From: Octopus vulgaris
Lineage: Eukaryota
Direction of reading: 5' to 3'
NCBI GenBank assembly: GCA_951406725.2
Contig: OX597840.1
Span: 35,154,001-35,218,000 of the forward strand
DNA: 64,000 bases
Shown here: positions 1 through 12,294 of the stretch, in pieces
How the letters are laid out: the number at the start of each line of letters is the position of its first letter
Position numbering within the stretch: position 1 is the stretch's first letter
Position numbers and translations under genes: made by a program
Notes under the pieces: model-generated
The model's database searches: none
What the model saw: only the letters and a program-made list of their open reading frames with translations
Told to the model about the DNA's origin: nothing

Positions 1-340
1 GAATAAGTACCAGACTTGAAAAGAAAACCAAAAAAAACAAACCATGTTCCAGTGTTGACTTATTTGACTAAACACTTCCAGACAGTGCCCCAGCATGGCC
101 ACGGTTCAATGACTGAAAGAAAAAAATATCGGCACAAGCATGGCTGTGTGGTAACTCATCATTTATTTAGTGTCTGCTTTCCATGCTGGCATGGATTGGA
201 CATCCTTGTAACGTAGCGGTTTGGCAAAAGTTACTGATAGAATAAGTACTAGGCTTACAAAGAATAAATCCTGGGGTCGATTTGTTCAACCAAAGGCGGT
301 GCTCCAGCATAGCCGCAGTCAAATGACTGAAACAAATAAA

Positions 341-754
341 GGATCTTTTCGGTTTGACCTGCAGTTTTTTAAAATAATTTCCACGTAACTAAACACTTTT
401 AAACTTCGTATACTGGTAGAATGTGTTTAGAAAACATCTCTTTCTCTTGGCTTTATTGACAAAATTCTGTAGTTTGTAAGATATTTGTTGTTGTTTTTCT
501 TCAATTTCTGCAATTTCAACCAATCACCGACGTCCATTGAGGTAAACAACATTCTGTGCCGTATGAATATGTCCCTCGTTTAAGAAACAGATTGGGTTTA
601 TTTACATTTCTGAAGAAAAAAAAACATACCCTTCCCTCCCACCCTAACCCTAAAACAGATTGAAATGTAATAGATCGATACTAGGGTCATAATTATGGAT
701 GACAATTTCATATGACACCGCTGGAAAAAACTGCCGTTCAAACCGAAAAGATCC
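341..754. mobile_element. MITE with GG-terminal TIRs and 8-bp TSD (Merlin/MuDR-like), inserted in a SINE tail
   Basis: TIRs ggatcttttcggtttga..gcagtttttt / aaaaaactgccgttcaaaccgaaaagatcc; flanked by caaataaa at 333-340 and 755-762. Confidence 0.85.
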
Positions 755-964
755 CAAATAAAAGAGTAAAAGAATACATAAGCACACATACAGACATATA
801 TATATATATATAACATGCACGCATGCGCGTGTATGTGTGATACTGTCGTGGGAGCCTGGCAAAGTGGACATCAAAATGATAACAGTATCGTATCAGTGAA
901 GGGAGATAACTGTTGCAATGCTTGTGAAATGGGCAAATTGAAAAATAACGATTTGAAGCGAAAC

Positions 965-1162
965 ATTCTTAACTTATTTCGTTTTTGGATTTGGTTTGCA
1001 ACATTCTTTATATGAGTTCGTGTGTTGAAGCATATTTTGAGAGTCAAGACTATTGAAAAGGTTGCAAGACGCAACGAAAATTTTAGGACAATAAAAATAA
1101 GAAAAAAGGGGAAATTTTACCAGCACAAAAAGAAAATGACTCTCCCCAGACACAACAGAATT
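965..1162. mobile_element. Unclassified interspersed repeat with its distal half inverted relative to the copy at 11600-11800
   Basis: Shared ttcgtttttggatttggtttgcaa..gaagcatatt, followed by the reverse complement of the remainder. Confidence 0.7.
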
Positions 1163-1199
1163 CTTAACTTATGTTCTTCCATTTGACTTTCGATCTGTC

Positions 1200-1470
1200 A
1201 ATTCACTGTCTTATTTAAGTGTGAAAAGTCTGGCTGCATCCGAAAAAATATGACAAGGCTTGGTCGCCCAGAACGCTGTTTTGGCTGTATTATTCCACGA
1301 AGAGTTGCATTTTTATAAATTCGCGCTGGTATATTGCCGTCTACTTGAAAGGCATTGCAAAGATCACTCATTGTTTCATTTGCGACCCCGTCTTTAATTT
1401 GCTGGTAGCGTAAGAAGTATTGCCAGTCTATCTCTCTCTCACTAATTTGTTCACCTCGCCTGACATATGT
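1200..1470 (-). mobile_element. Possible Tc1/mariner-type transposase N-terminal (HTH) remnant
   Basis: ORF 1198-1497 contains QISEREID..LCNAFQV..ARIYK..QPKQRSGRP, resembling an HTH plus GRP linker. Confidence 0.35.
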
Positions 1471-2067
1471 TAACGTGTATGCAGCCAGACTTCCCACACA
1501 GATGATACATTCTGAAAATAAACAACCATATCATCAAAATGTCAAAGCTGGATAAGATATCCTTGATGAACGTCTCCAATGGGGTGTGAAATTTCTCAGT
1601 TCAGTTGTTACTGTTAGCTGCCAAAATTCCTACGGTTTATCCATGGGTTCTGTTTCCATGTTTGGTTCGGTGGCTGGCACCATTGTAGGCAGCTCTGTGA
1701 CGGGTAAGGTGGGCATGGTCAAGGTTTCTTTCAACCCTTCAGCATTCAAACCACTCATATCCAGTATTCGACCTGTTCTATGTTCAAACTGACCGGATCT
1801 GACTTCTCACACTTACCTTACAATGTCATTCTGAAAATAAACAACCATATCATCAAAATGTCAAAGCTACAAGATAATGCAGGATTAATTCAAAACGGTA
1901 TGAATCAATAAGCATTACATTTAACAGAGTAACCTGGCCAGATCCAACCTCTTGCACCTACCCTACAATGTCAGTCGCAAATCATTGGCTGTAGGAAAAG
2001 ATATGTAAGCTAGTGGGGAGTATATTTATGAGATAAAGCAACAACAAGAAACAACTCCTTTTGAAAT

Positions 2068-2615
2068 TGACTGTGGGGTAAGAAGCTTGCTTTCCAACCA
2101 CATGGTTCCGGATTCAGTCCCACTGCGTGACACCTTGGGCAAGTGTCTTCTACTAAAGCCTTGGGCCGACCAAAGCCTTGTGAGTGGATTTGGTAGACAG
2201 AAACTGAAAGAAGCCCATTATATATATATCATCATCATCATCATCATTTAACGTCCGTCCGCTTTCCATGGGTCGGACGATTTGTCTGAGGACTGGTGAA
2301 CCAGGTAGCTGCGCCAGGCTCCAATCTTGATCTGGCAGAGTTTCTACAGCGGGATGCCCTTCCTAATGCCAACCACTCCGTGAGTGTAGTGGGTGCTTTA
2401 ACGTGCCACCGGCACAAGGGCCAGTCTGGCGGTACTGGCAATGTGTGTGTCTGTTTGTCCCTCCAACATTCCTTGACAACCAATGCTGGTGTGTTTATGT
2501 CCCTGTAACTTAGCAGTTTGGCAAAAGGGTTCAATAGAATAAATCCTAGGGTCGATTTGTTCGACTAAAACCCTTCAAGGCATTGCCACAGTCTAATCGC
2601 TGAAACATGAAAAAG
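2068..2615 (+). mobile_element. SINE family A interrupted by a family C element (2225-2440)
   Basis: Head 2068-2220 and tail 2440-2615 match family A. Confidence 0.8.
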
Positions 2616-2753
2616 ATAAGGCCCCATATGTCACTGACCGCAAACTTTTTTCACAGAACCTCAAGGTTCAAAGGTTCTCCTTTTGAAAAACTTTACCATA
2701 TTCTTCACTCTCCGTTGACCAGTCAGCTAATCTCCAATCCGTTTCTTTTGCAG

Positions 2754-2846
2754 CATGTGCCTTCAGAAATCTATTGGTACTACCTTGTCGAGCTGTCTTA
2801 CTATGTTGGTTCCAGCCTCATGCATTTCACCGATGTTCGCAAGAAG
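2754..2846 (+). CDS. CERS: Ceramide synthase (Lag1/LASS/CerS family) internal exon, 93 bp
   Basis: tttcttttgcag|CATGTG...AAGAAG|gtaag; translates HVPSEIYWYYLVELSYYVGSSLMHFTDVRKK, matching the CerS 'YY..EL..Y......F.D..RK' segment; phase 0/0. Confidence 0.95.
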
Positions 2847-3094
2847 GTAAGAACCCCTGGAATCAGTGCGTGCGTGTGTTGGTGTGTGTCTGTGTGTGTG
2901 GAGCAATGTCTAGCTGTGTATATATACGTGTGTGGAGCAGTGCGCATGTATGTAGTTGTGTGGGTGTTTGAGGGTGTAACGGTGCGTGTTTGGCACTGTA
3001 TGTGTGAGAGTGACAATATGTGTATAGGTGTGTGCTTGTGTGTATCTATACGTATCTGTGTTTGGTTGTATGTGAATATGCATGCATATATACC

Positions 3095-3328
3095 TGTTTC
3101 TTTACTACCCACAAGGGGCTAAACACAGAGGGGACAAACAAGGACAGACAGACGGATTAAGTCGATTATATCGACCCCAGTGCGTAACTGGTACTTAATT
3201 TATCGACCCCCGAAAGGATGAAAGGCAAAGTCGACCTCGGCGGAATTTGAACTCAGAACGTAGCAACAGACGAAATACCACTAAGCATTTCGCCTGGCGT
3301 GCTAACGTTTCTGCCATCTCGCCACCTT
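3095..3328 (-). mobile_element. tRNA-derived SINE family B (tail type 1)
   Basis: Reverse complement has tggcagaa A box, gagttcaaattcc B box, central gcctttcatcctttcggggtcgataaattaagtaccag and tail ccccttgtgggtagtaaagaaa; another copy at 54040-54256. Confidence 0.88.
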
Positions 3329-4228
3329 TAATATATATGTATATATATATATGCATGCAACCACACACCCATGTACACAGTCATATACATACGCAACCCA
3401 TCTCACACACACATGCTTGTTTGGCTACTGGTATATAGATATTATATGGCCTGACCCAAATGTGCACACATACACATATGACCAAACCGGTGCACACATG
3501 CATGCATACATACACATGTATTTATAAACATGGCAAGACACGCCCTTGGACTGACATGACCATGCAATATTCTCTCTCTCACACGTGTGCACACACACAC
3601 ATGCACTCTCTTGCACTCACACACACACACTCTCTCTCTCACACATGTGTGAACACACACACATGCACTCTCTTTCACACACTCTCTTGCACACACTCTC
3701 TTGCACACACTCTCTCTCACACTTTCACATACACTCTCTCACACACACATACACTCTTGCACAAACACACACGCATGCACTCTCTCTCACATACACACAC
3801 TGCACACACACATTCTCTCCCTCACACACACACGCACACACCTATACACATGCACTCCCTCACACACACACACAGCTAAGAATACATACACATACATAGT
3901 TCCTCTTGAATGCAGACTCACATGATCAAGTAACACACACACACACACACACGCACGCATCCATCACCAGAGCCTGGTTGTGTCCAGTCCATCCCATAAT
4001 CCCTCAAACAAAAGACAGAACTAATCAGATTAGCCAATTGCCAAGACCAGATTAATTAGACAAATTACTTTTCCCTTTCAACTCTTTTTATTTAAAAGAT
4101 GTTTCCTTCACTCCATCTTCTCTCTCTCCCCCTCTGCAACTTATCTTTCTCCTTCTCATTACTTCTGTCCATTTGACTATACTTACCTCTTTCTCTCTCT
4201 CTCTTCTTTCTCTACCTACATATATATA

Positions 4229-4267
<39 letters not shown>

Positions 4268-5472
4268 GCTTTATTTAAAAGCAGCAGAAATATAACAAAA
4301 GCTGTTACTCAGAGTTTCACATTTCCATTCGTCGGACACTTCTTGTTAAAATAGAACATGTATATATATGTATATATATATGTATATGTATATATATGTA
4401 TATGTATATGTATATATATGTATATATATGTATATGTATATGTATATATATGTATATATATATGTATATGTATATATATGTGTATATGTATATGTATATG
4501 TATATATATATGTATATGTATATATATGTGTATATGTATATATATGTATATATATGTGTATATGTATATGTATATGTATATATATATGTATATGTATATA
4601 TATGTGTATATGTATATGTATATATATATGTATATGTATATATATGTGTATATGTATATGTATATGTATATATATGTATATGTGTATATGTATATGTATG
4701 TATATGTATATATATATATGTATATATATATATATGTATATATATACACTTTATGTCGGTGGCACATAAAAAGCACCATCCGTTCGTGGCTGTTGCCAGC
4801 CTCGCCTGGCTCCCGTGCTGGTGGCACGTAAAAAGCAACAGAAATAACAATTTGATCGAAACTCGTTAAAGGATTCACCTTTAAAAATGGATTTGTTTCA
4901 TTGGTCCTTTCAATCAACAGTCTTAAGCATGCGATAAACAAAATTAACAAAATAAATGAATTCAATAAAAATTATAAATATATAAAACTTATAAACAAGG
5001 GCAAAAGAAAATTATTTCCATGCCAATATGCTGATAACAGACTTTCAAATCGTCAATTTCCATATATTATTATACACCCACTACAGAAATACGTTGTGCT
5101 GGAATCGAGGAAAGCTAGTCAAGCAGAATTTAAGAAACACACAAAAGCCGTTCGATTCACTCCAACATTTAAGTTTAATTTGTCAAAATATTTTCGTCGC
5201 TTTGAGACCGTGACCTGTTCACTGACAACATTCCGTGCTGCATGTATAGAAATATAATTCGATTAATACAATTAATACGTAAAAATTAAAATATTTCACA
5301 ACAGTATATACTCATTCTAAACCATCAATATATATATTTGTATATATCTATGTATATATATTTGATTAGAGGTTGTGTTAACCTTATGAAGGGATGGTTT
5401 TGTCCCCAAAGAAATACTGGTCCAATACCTAGTATTTTTGGGGAATTAATTTCCTTAAAATAATAGGTATAG

Positions 5473-5544
5473 TCCTCAGTAGTATAGTGGTAAGTATCCC
5501 TACCGGTCATGCGGGAGACTGGGGTTCAATTCCCCACCGGGAAA
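5473..5544 (+). pseudogene. tRNA-Asp(GTC) pseudogene or degenerate copy in a CerS intron
   Basis: TCCTCAGTAGTATAGTGGTAAGTATCCCTACCGGTCATGCGGGAGACTGGGGTTCAATTCCCCACCGGGAAA aligns end to end with eukaryotic tRNA-Asp; anticodon-stem and acceptor-stem mismatches and U33->G indicate it is non-functional. Confidence 0.8.
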
Positions 5545-5567
5545 GTCAGTGCTTTTATGTATAAATA

Positions 5568-6470
5568 CGAGGTCTGATCATTAAGTATCCAGACTGGTGC
5601 CACAGTAATGACACTAAAATATGCAGAGTGAAGCCACTTGGCACAAGTTGACCTTGAACTCTGCTGTGTATGTGCAGTAAGTTTTAATGTCCTAGCTCAC
5701 TTCTGCTGCTTACAGCAGTGCTTGGAAGGAAGGTGTGTAGCATGTGATCATTGCATTGACCTTGACAGAGAAAGTTGTCATGGTGGTACCTGCTCAGAGG
5801 CTGACACAAAGTTGCAGAAAGTGTTTGGAGAGGAGTGTATGAGTGGTTCAGACGGTTCTTCCAAGATGGTTGCAAAGAATGTCGATATTGACAAAGGTTC
5901 TGGGAGACCTGCAAACAGCAGAACTGAGAAAAACATCGCAGATGTGCATTCAGCTGTGACGGGAAATCATCGAATCACCATCCGTGAGTTATCAGGTGTG
6001 TAGATAAGTCACGGTTCAGCTCAGTCCATGGTCACTGACGATTTGGGTATGAGACGCATGTCGGCCAAGTTTGTGCCAAAACTGGTTTCAGCTGACCAAG
6101 AAGACACTTGGGTTGCACAAGATCTCCTTGATTGTGTCGAGAATGATGAAAACTTTTTTGGAAACTTTGTGTAGGCCTCTGAGCAGGTATCGCCAAGCAT
6201 TTGACAAAGTTTGATGCAAATTTTCTGCTCAACTTCCTCTGCCATGGTGAATGCGACAATCTTGTGCTACACACCTTCCTTCCAAGCACTGCTGTAAACA
6301 GCGGAAGTGAGCTAGGACATTAAAACTTAGTGTTCATGCACAGCAGAGGTCAAGGTCAATCTATGTCAAGTGGCTTCACTCTGCGTGCTTAGCTTCGTTA
6401 CTATGGCAACAGTCTGATTGTTTATTGATTGTGATCAATAAATAATCGGACTGTTGCTATAGTAACGAAG
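5568..6470. mobile_element. Mariner-derived foldback element (two left ends head-to-head) with transposase remnants
   Basis: About 175-bp inverted arms (5568-5742 vs 6265-6430); + strand GRP..RITIREL..LGMRRMSAKFVPKL; - strand MAEEVEQKICIKLCQMLGDTCSEAY; TA at 5566-67. Confidence 0.85.
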
Positions 6471-6659
6471 TATATATATATATACATAGGGAAAATTTAC
6501 GAAAAAACAAAAAACGAAGACAGGTGGTGTACAAAACAAACAGATGTATTAGTATAATGCTCAGGAATGGAAAAAGTCTTTTACGTTTCGAGCCTACGCT
6601 CTTCTACAGAGAGGGAAGCAGAAAAAAAAAAGGAGAGAAAAATGTGTGTAGTGGCTAAC

Positions 6660-6692
<33 letters not shown>

Positions 6693-7093
6693 CATACATA
6701 CACACACACACACATATCTTTCAAACTCTCTTCTCTGTTTTTCTCTTCCTCTCTCTTCATCCATCTCTCATTTCCTCTCTCTCTCCATTACATTCATTTT
6801 TTTATTATTATTATTATTATCATTATTAGGGCAGTGAGCTGACAGAATTGTTAGCATGCTGGGTGAAATGCCGAGTAGTATTTTGTCCGTCGCTATGTTC
6901 TGAGTTCAAATTCCACTGAGGTCGACCTTGGCTTTCATCCTTTTGGGGGTCGGTTAATTAAGTACCAGTTGAACACCGGGGTCGATGTGATGGACTGTCC
7001 TCCTCCCCATAAAATCCAGGCCTTGTGCCTAAAGTATAAACGATTATCATCATCATCATCATCACCAATGTTGTTGTCTTCTTATTTCCGTAG

Positions 7094-7222
7094 GACTTCT
7101 GGGAACTCTTCATCCACCATATTGTTACCATGACATTGATGTTTATTGCCTGGATCCAAAACATTATCCGAATATCTTGTCTCATCCTCCTTGTTCACGA
7201 TATGGCTGATCCGTTCCTCGAA
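7094..7222 (+). CDS. CERS: Ceramide synthase exon carrying the Lag1p motif, 129 bp
   Basis: ttccgtag|GACTTC...CTCGAA|gtaagt; DFWELFIHHIVTMTLMFIAWIQNIIRISCLILLVHDMADPFLE with catalytic HH and HDxxD intact. Confidence 0.97.
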
Positions 7223-8021
7223 GTAAGTCTCACCTCTTTTCCAATCTCAAAACCCCTCAGTCCCCTACAAATGTGTTTCTTTTTTTTTTCTTTTCTTTTC
7301 TTTGAATTTCTGTTTTATTTAATGTCTTTCATCTTTTACTTGTTTTCAGTCATTAGAGTTCAGTCATTAGACTGGGGCAACGCCTCGAAGGGTTTCAGTC
7401 GACCAGATTGACCTCAGCACTTAAGTTCTTTTCGAAGCCTGGGCCTTATTCCATCGGCTTCCTACTGAAGTACTAAGTTACAGGGATGTAAACAAACCAA
7501 ACCCATGAGGTGGGGGACAACCCCTCCCCACACACACACATGTGCAGCGTGGTTGTCCCTGCATACAAGCTATCCCCTGCATCGATCTCCAGCTGAGCCC
7601 TCCTAACCTTGCAGGCTCATTGGTGCCCTTACCACATGAAAAGCACCACATAAACAACCCCCCCTTGCTGGTGCTACGTAAAAGCACCCAGTTCACTCTG
7701 TAGAACGGTTGGCGTCAGGAAGAGCATCCGGCCGTAGAAACCTTGCCAAAACAGACAGTGACGCCTGAGCTGCTCTTCAGCTGGTCAAGTCCTGTCATCC
7801 ATCCGACCCATGCCAGCATGGAAAACAGACGTTAAATGATGAGGATTTCAATATTTTGTCAATGCATAGCAGTACTGATTACCTGGTGTTGGAACTCAAT
7901 GTACCCATGCTTCAGTGTAAAACATCGGACGGGTACAGAGTGTAATATGAAATTAAATAAGCTGATGCACATACACTCAGCTCTGAGTGCATGGCACCTG
8001 ACAGCAGAAACGCCTGCAAGC

Positions 8022-8430
8022 TCTTTTACTCTTTTTACTTGTTTCAGTCATGTGACTGTGGCCATGCGGGAGCACCGCCTTTAGTCGAGCAAATCGACCC
8101 CAGGACTTATTCTTTGTATGCCTATCATTTATTCCATCGGTCTCTTTTGCTGAACCGCTAAGTGACGGGGATGTAAACACACCAGCATCGGTTGTCAAGC
8201 GATATTGGGGTGGGTACAAACGCAGACACAAGCATGCACACACACACACACACATACATATGTACACATATATATATGATGGGCTTCTTTCAGTTTCCGT
8301 CAACCAAATCCACTCACAGGGCTTTGGACGGCCCAAGGCTATAGTAGAAGACACTTGCCCAAGGTGCCATGCAGTGGGACTGAACCCGGAACCATGTGGT
8401 TGATAAGCAAGCTACGTACCATACAGGCCT
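8022..8430 (-). mobile_element. SINE family A
   Basis: Reverse complement of the 28939-29340 sequence. Confidence 0.88.
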
Positions 8431-8647
8431 GAGATATGATAGAAATATGTAAAATCTCTTGAAAAAAGCCTGAGAGCCACAGAAAGCTTTCTGGTGATGC
8501 ATTTGTGATTTAGGGTCCAGTTGTTGCTGATCCTGACACAGAAATTTCATCCCTTGTCAACTTGTCGTGTGTGTGTTTGTGTTTATCTTTGTCATTGTGT
8601 CTCTCCTCACACTGTCACATCAATTAATGTTCTTCTCAATATTTCAG

Positions 8648-8754
8648 GCTACCAAGATGGCCAGCTACTCCGGACACCGCAAATGGTGTAACCACCTGTT
8701 CATTGTATTCACAATTGCCTGGTATATAGGACGCCTCTACATTTTCCCTTTCAA
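8648..8754 (+). CDS. CERS: Ceramide synthase exon, 107 bp
   Basis: tttcag|GCTACC...TTCAA|gtaagt; ATKMASYSGHRKWCNHLFIVFTIAWYIGRLYIFPF(K); ends in phase 2. Confidence 0.95.
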
Positions 8755-9040
8755 GTAAGTCCAATTATTATAATCCTTTATATTATAGGTACAAGGGCCT
8801 CAAATTTTGAGATGCAGGGGTTAGTCGATTTGATATATATATGTATGTATATATACTTAATAATTAGGGTTCAGCAAAGATTTGCTTTACCACATACCGA
8901 AGTTTAGAAATAGCAGCCAAAATACCATAGCTATTTCTTCTACTTTAAAAAGGGACTCCCAGAAAAACCAAAATACCTGGAAACAATCCATACAGGCAGA
9001 GAGGAAGAAGTAACGAAAATCAATCAATATCTGGTCATCG

Positions 9041-9117
9041 ATGGACGCGCGTTTCAGAATTAGATTGGAATAAAGAATATAGAATTATACTTTACCAACC
9101 GTTTTCCTCATCAGCAT
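9041..9117 (-). ncRNA. Type I hammerhead ribozyme motif (antisense in a CerS intron)
   Basis: Reverse complement atg CTGATGA ggaa...ttct GAAA CGCGCG TC cat; GUC site, palindromic stem III, weak stems I and II. Confidence 0.65.
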
Positions 9118-10314
9118 AGGACTCCGGCAATAATTAAATATTGAAATATTAAATTCGAAGGTACTGGAATAATTGAACATATCTCTCCACCTAACGGTAT
9201 CAGACAGATCATATTCAGTATTAGTACCACCGAATTCAAAACATGAATGAGGTTCATTTACCTTCCCCTGCCCAACCGCGTGTGTCTTCAAGTAAAATAC
9301 TACATACTATATGTATGTATATCATCATCATCATAATCGTTTAATGTCCGCTTTCCATGCTAGCATGGGTTGGACGATTTTGACTGAGGGCTAGCAAGCC
9401 AGATGGCTGCACCAGGCTCCAATCTTGATCTGGCAGAGTTTCTACACCTGGATGCCCTTCCTAATGCCAACCACTCCAAGAGTGTAGTGGGTGCTTTTAC
9501 GTGCCACCGGCATGGAGGCCAGTCAGGCGGTTCTGACAACGACCCCGCTTGAATGTTTTTTCACGTGCCACTGACACAATAGAGCTGGGAACAATATAGT
9601 GGTTAAAGTGTGGCCCCACACTCCTAAAAACTCTGGAACTCCCAAACCCGGGCCCTACTTCTGGATGCCATTTCAAGTGATACCCAGGATTTCAGAATGA
9701 AACCAATCTGTGTCATATTCTCAACCAGTTGGCAAGCAAAACAGATTTCCAATTCAACATTTTATTTTTCTGTCCCAGAAACCCTAAATAGGTGTCTGAA
9801 TAGATGGGGTCACAGGCAAATAACAACATCTGTTACAAACACTATGTTGGATTTTCCTTGGACCTTACCTCTGCTGGTGACTAAAGGCCTCTCGCTCACG
9901 AGTAAAAGGCAGACTGTATGATGCGTGTGTATGAACAGCCATGAGGGAACCCGTGGAAGAGGTAGACCCAGGAAACCTGGGACGAGGTGGTGAACTTGCG
10001 AAGACATGTTGGGGCAAGCGAAATCGAAATCGAAATCGAATTGAACCAGCCAGGATCCCTGGTCTGATGGTACGTAAAAAGCACCATCCGACTCGTGGCC
10101 GATGCCAGCACCGCCTAACCGTCCAACCCATGCTAGCATGGATAACGGACGTTAAACGATGATGATGATGATGATGATGATGGTATGAAAATCACCAATG
10201 TCTCAAAGGAGTGAGTGTCGTGGAGTTTAGTTACATCCAATAAACACTGAAGTTTTTCCAAAAATCCAGGGTTTTTATAAGTGCTCAACTTGACTTTAAA
10301 GAATCGAAATCCCA

Positions 10315-10716
10315 TACTCTCTTTCCTCTTTTACTTGTTTCAGTCATTTGACTGCGGCCATCCTGGAGCACCGCCTTTAGTCGAGCAAATCGACCCACAG
10401 GACTTATTCTTTGTAAGCCGAGTACTTATTCTATCGGTCTCTTTTGCCGAACCGCTAAGTTACGAGGACGTAAACACACCAGCATCGGTTGTCAAGCGAT
10501 GCTAGGGGGACAAAAACAGACACACAAACACACACACACACATATATATACATATATACGACGGGCTTCTTTCAGTTTCCATCTACCAAATCCACTCACA
10601 AGGCATTGGTTGGCCCGAGGCTATAGTAGAAGACACTTGCCTAAGGTGCCATGCAGTGGGACTGAACCCGGAACCATGTGGTTGGTAAGCAAGCTACTTA
10701 CCACACAGCCACTCCT
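10315..10716 (-). mobile_element. SINE family A
   Basis: Full-length reverse-complement copy. Confidence 0.88.
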
Positions 10717-10942
10717 GCAAATATTCTTTAAGTAACTTTTAGAATCTTTATATGAGCAGTTATATTAAGCAAAGGAAAAACAAAAATAATATTTCTTCGG
10801 CAATACGACATTATGTCATATTGCCAGCTACCACAAATTGGCGCCTGATTTCAAAATAGCTACTTGCTACAACTATATAGTATTTGCATCTCAGACATTT
10901 AACAGTCTGCCCAGCTATAAGTAGGTCCCACGTTGTGGTATA

Positions 10943-11909
10943 CAGTGATCCCTCGTTTATCGCAGTAGATTGGTTCTGAGACCGGCCGCGATAACTGAAT
11001 TTCCGTGAAGTAGGGACACCATATTTACAGTATTTATTTAACGTGTATTTGGACTTTTAAAACCCTCCCCTGAACTGTTAACAACCCACCCATTTACAGT
11101 AGGATATTAATAACAAGGACAACTGTTAAGCAATAACACTTTAGATTTAACCCTTTAGCTTTCAGATTTCTTTGTGAAATTTGTTGCTTATTTAATTCAT
11201 ATTGTTTTGAATTAATCACATATTAATTTTGCAACTTCAAAACTTAACTGGTGTGGCTGTATCTTTTTAAAATGACATTGTAGGGTAGGTGTGAGAGGCT
11301 GGATCCAGGCAGTTTTAACATAAAACAGGTGGAATATTTGGGCCGGATATGGCCGGATTTAATGCTAAAGGGTTAAAGAAATAAAGATTGTTACTGTTAT
11401 ACAGGCCAGATTACAAAATAGAAAGCTGTGATTCGTCATCTCTCTCTCTATTGCACCAATCACAGCCCGTCTTAAGTTCAAATACCCCTGTATATGCTTT
11501 TTGGCTATTTTACGCTTGTTTTGTTGTTCCTAGACTAGGAAATAATATATATTATTGATATTTTAATGGATTTAAGGAAAAATGTTAGGCGTTCATATAT
11601 ATTTCGTTTTTGGATTTGGTTTGCAAGATTCTTTATGTGAGTTCGTGTATTGAAGCATATTCTGTTGTGTCTGGGGAGAGTTATATTCTTTTTGTGCCTT
11701 ATTATGTAACACACACACCGGTAAAATTTCCACTTATTTCTTATTTTTATTTTCCTAAAATTTTCGTTGTGTCTTGCAACCTTTTCAATAGTTTTGACTC
11801 TGATGTATATATATTTGTTCATATATATATATATATATATATATATTTTAAAAATCCGTGAAGTTGTGAATCTGCGATAGTTGATCCGCGAAGTAGCTAG
11901 GGATCTCTG
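10943..11909. mobile_element. pogo/Tigger-like non-autonomous transposon hosting nested elements
   Basis: ta|cagtgatccctcg ... ctagggatctctg|ta. Confidence 0.75.
11151..11372. mobile_element. piggyBac-like MITE
   Basis: TTAA|ccctttagc ... gctaaaggg|TTAA; related fragments at about 1730-1970 and 13461-13512. Confidence 0.85.
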
Positions 11910-12089
11910 TATTTCTCGGTACTGTGTTTATGCTGAGTCTAAGTAAGTAGATACTGTAGTTTAATGTCTTAAGACATTTGACTATCAAAAGCCCAGGCTA
12001 CATAGACGCAAGCAGGTACCACCCACAACTTCCAGCTATTTGTTCATGTTAGAAATTATTATTATCATCTTTTTTTTGCTGTTTTTCAG

Positions 12090-12246
12090 GATTCTCTACA
12101 GCACATTGTTCTACGCACCAACTGTGACTGGTATGGCCCCTATCTACTACTTGTACAACGGGCTTCTTGGGTCCCTACAGCTGCTGCACATTATATGGAC
12201 CATCATCATCACAAAGATACTCTACAATCGTTTAAAGACCGGCGAG
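12090..12246 (+). CDS. CERS: Ceramide synthase exon, 157 bp
   Basis: gtttttcag|GATTCTC...GGCGAG|gtaag; completes the Lys codon then ILYSTLFYAPTVTGMAPIYYLYNGLLGSLQLLHIIWTIIITKILYNRLKTGE (CerS 'N.LL..LQ.LH..W' motif). Confidence 0.95.
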
Positions 12247-12294
12247 GTAAGGTTTGAAATATCAAAAACAAAACACACATCCTCAGACATGTGT

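Noticed and set aside
638-654. Telomere-like ccctaaccctaa
   Set aside because: Only two units, internal to a MITE.
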